A stretch of DNA of 64,000 nucleotides from Octopus sinensis (taxonomy: Eukaryota), in contig NC_043000.1 of NCBI RefSeq assembly GCF_006345805.1, positions 16,926,001-16,990,000 on the forward strand, in the 5' to 3' direction. Below the pieces are notes generated by a model. The model worked only from the letters and a program-made list of their open reading frames with translations. It was not told the DNA's origin and did no database searches. Both the position numbers and the translations under genes were made by a program. This document shows positions 63,781 to 64,000 of the stretch, one piece after another; the stretch's first letter is position 1; every line of letters starts with the position of its first letter.

Positions 63781-64000
63781 GAAGATATAGACAGACAGAT
63801 AATGATAGAGAGGAGAGAGGGAGGGGGGAAGAGAGAGAGAGAGAGAGAGAGATAGAAAGAGTAAGAGTGCGTGCGCGAGTGTGAATGTCAAGACTTAGTT
63901 ATTGCCACCAGGTATTTCTCTCCACCTGCCTGTCAGATCAGAGCCTGTACATACACCCACTACCACCTCCGCTAATATCATCGCTACCAAGATTATTTAT

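Overview
Eukaryotic, AT-rich, microsatellite-dense, almost entirely non-coding DNA. The repeat families look like those of an octopus genome (recognised from memory, not database-verified). Nearly all ORFs in the supplied track are microsatellite or repeat artefacts. The window holds five recurring retroposon families (my labels A-E; A, B, D and E are tRNA-derived SINEs, C is a (GAT)n-tailed non-LTR 3' segment), two piggyBac-type TTAA MITE families (F, G), a hAT MITE (H), one internally deleted Tc1/mariner, two short Helitrons, and decayed 3' ends of Dong/R4, Tx1/L1 and RTE LINEs, with many nested insertions. Scattered splice-site-bounded segments suggest a minus-strand gene with a GPI-anchor-like C-terminus (tentative, not identified). 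The best finding is a set of hammerhead ribozyme motifs: a canonical type I hammerhead at about 19312-19380, a core-variant minimal hammerhead (G3:C8 swap plus one extra nucleotide) present on both strands inside a perfect 64-bp-arm fold-back palindrome at 19815-19973, and a decayed minimal hammerhead at 61763-61798. They point to Penelope-like or retrozyme elements associated with (TA)n tracts. Second is a SINE insertion whose 13-bp target-site duplication copies a candidate splice donor.
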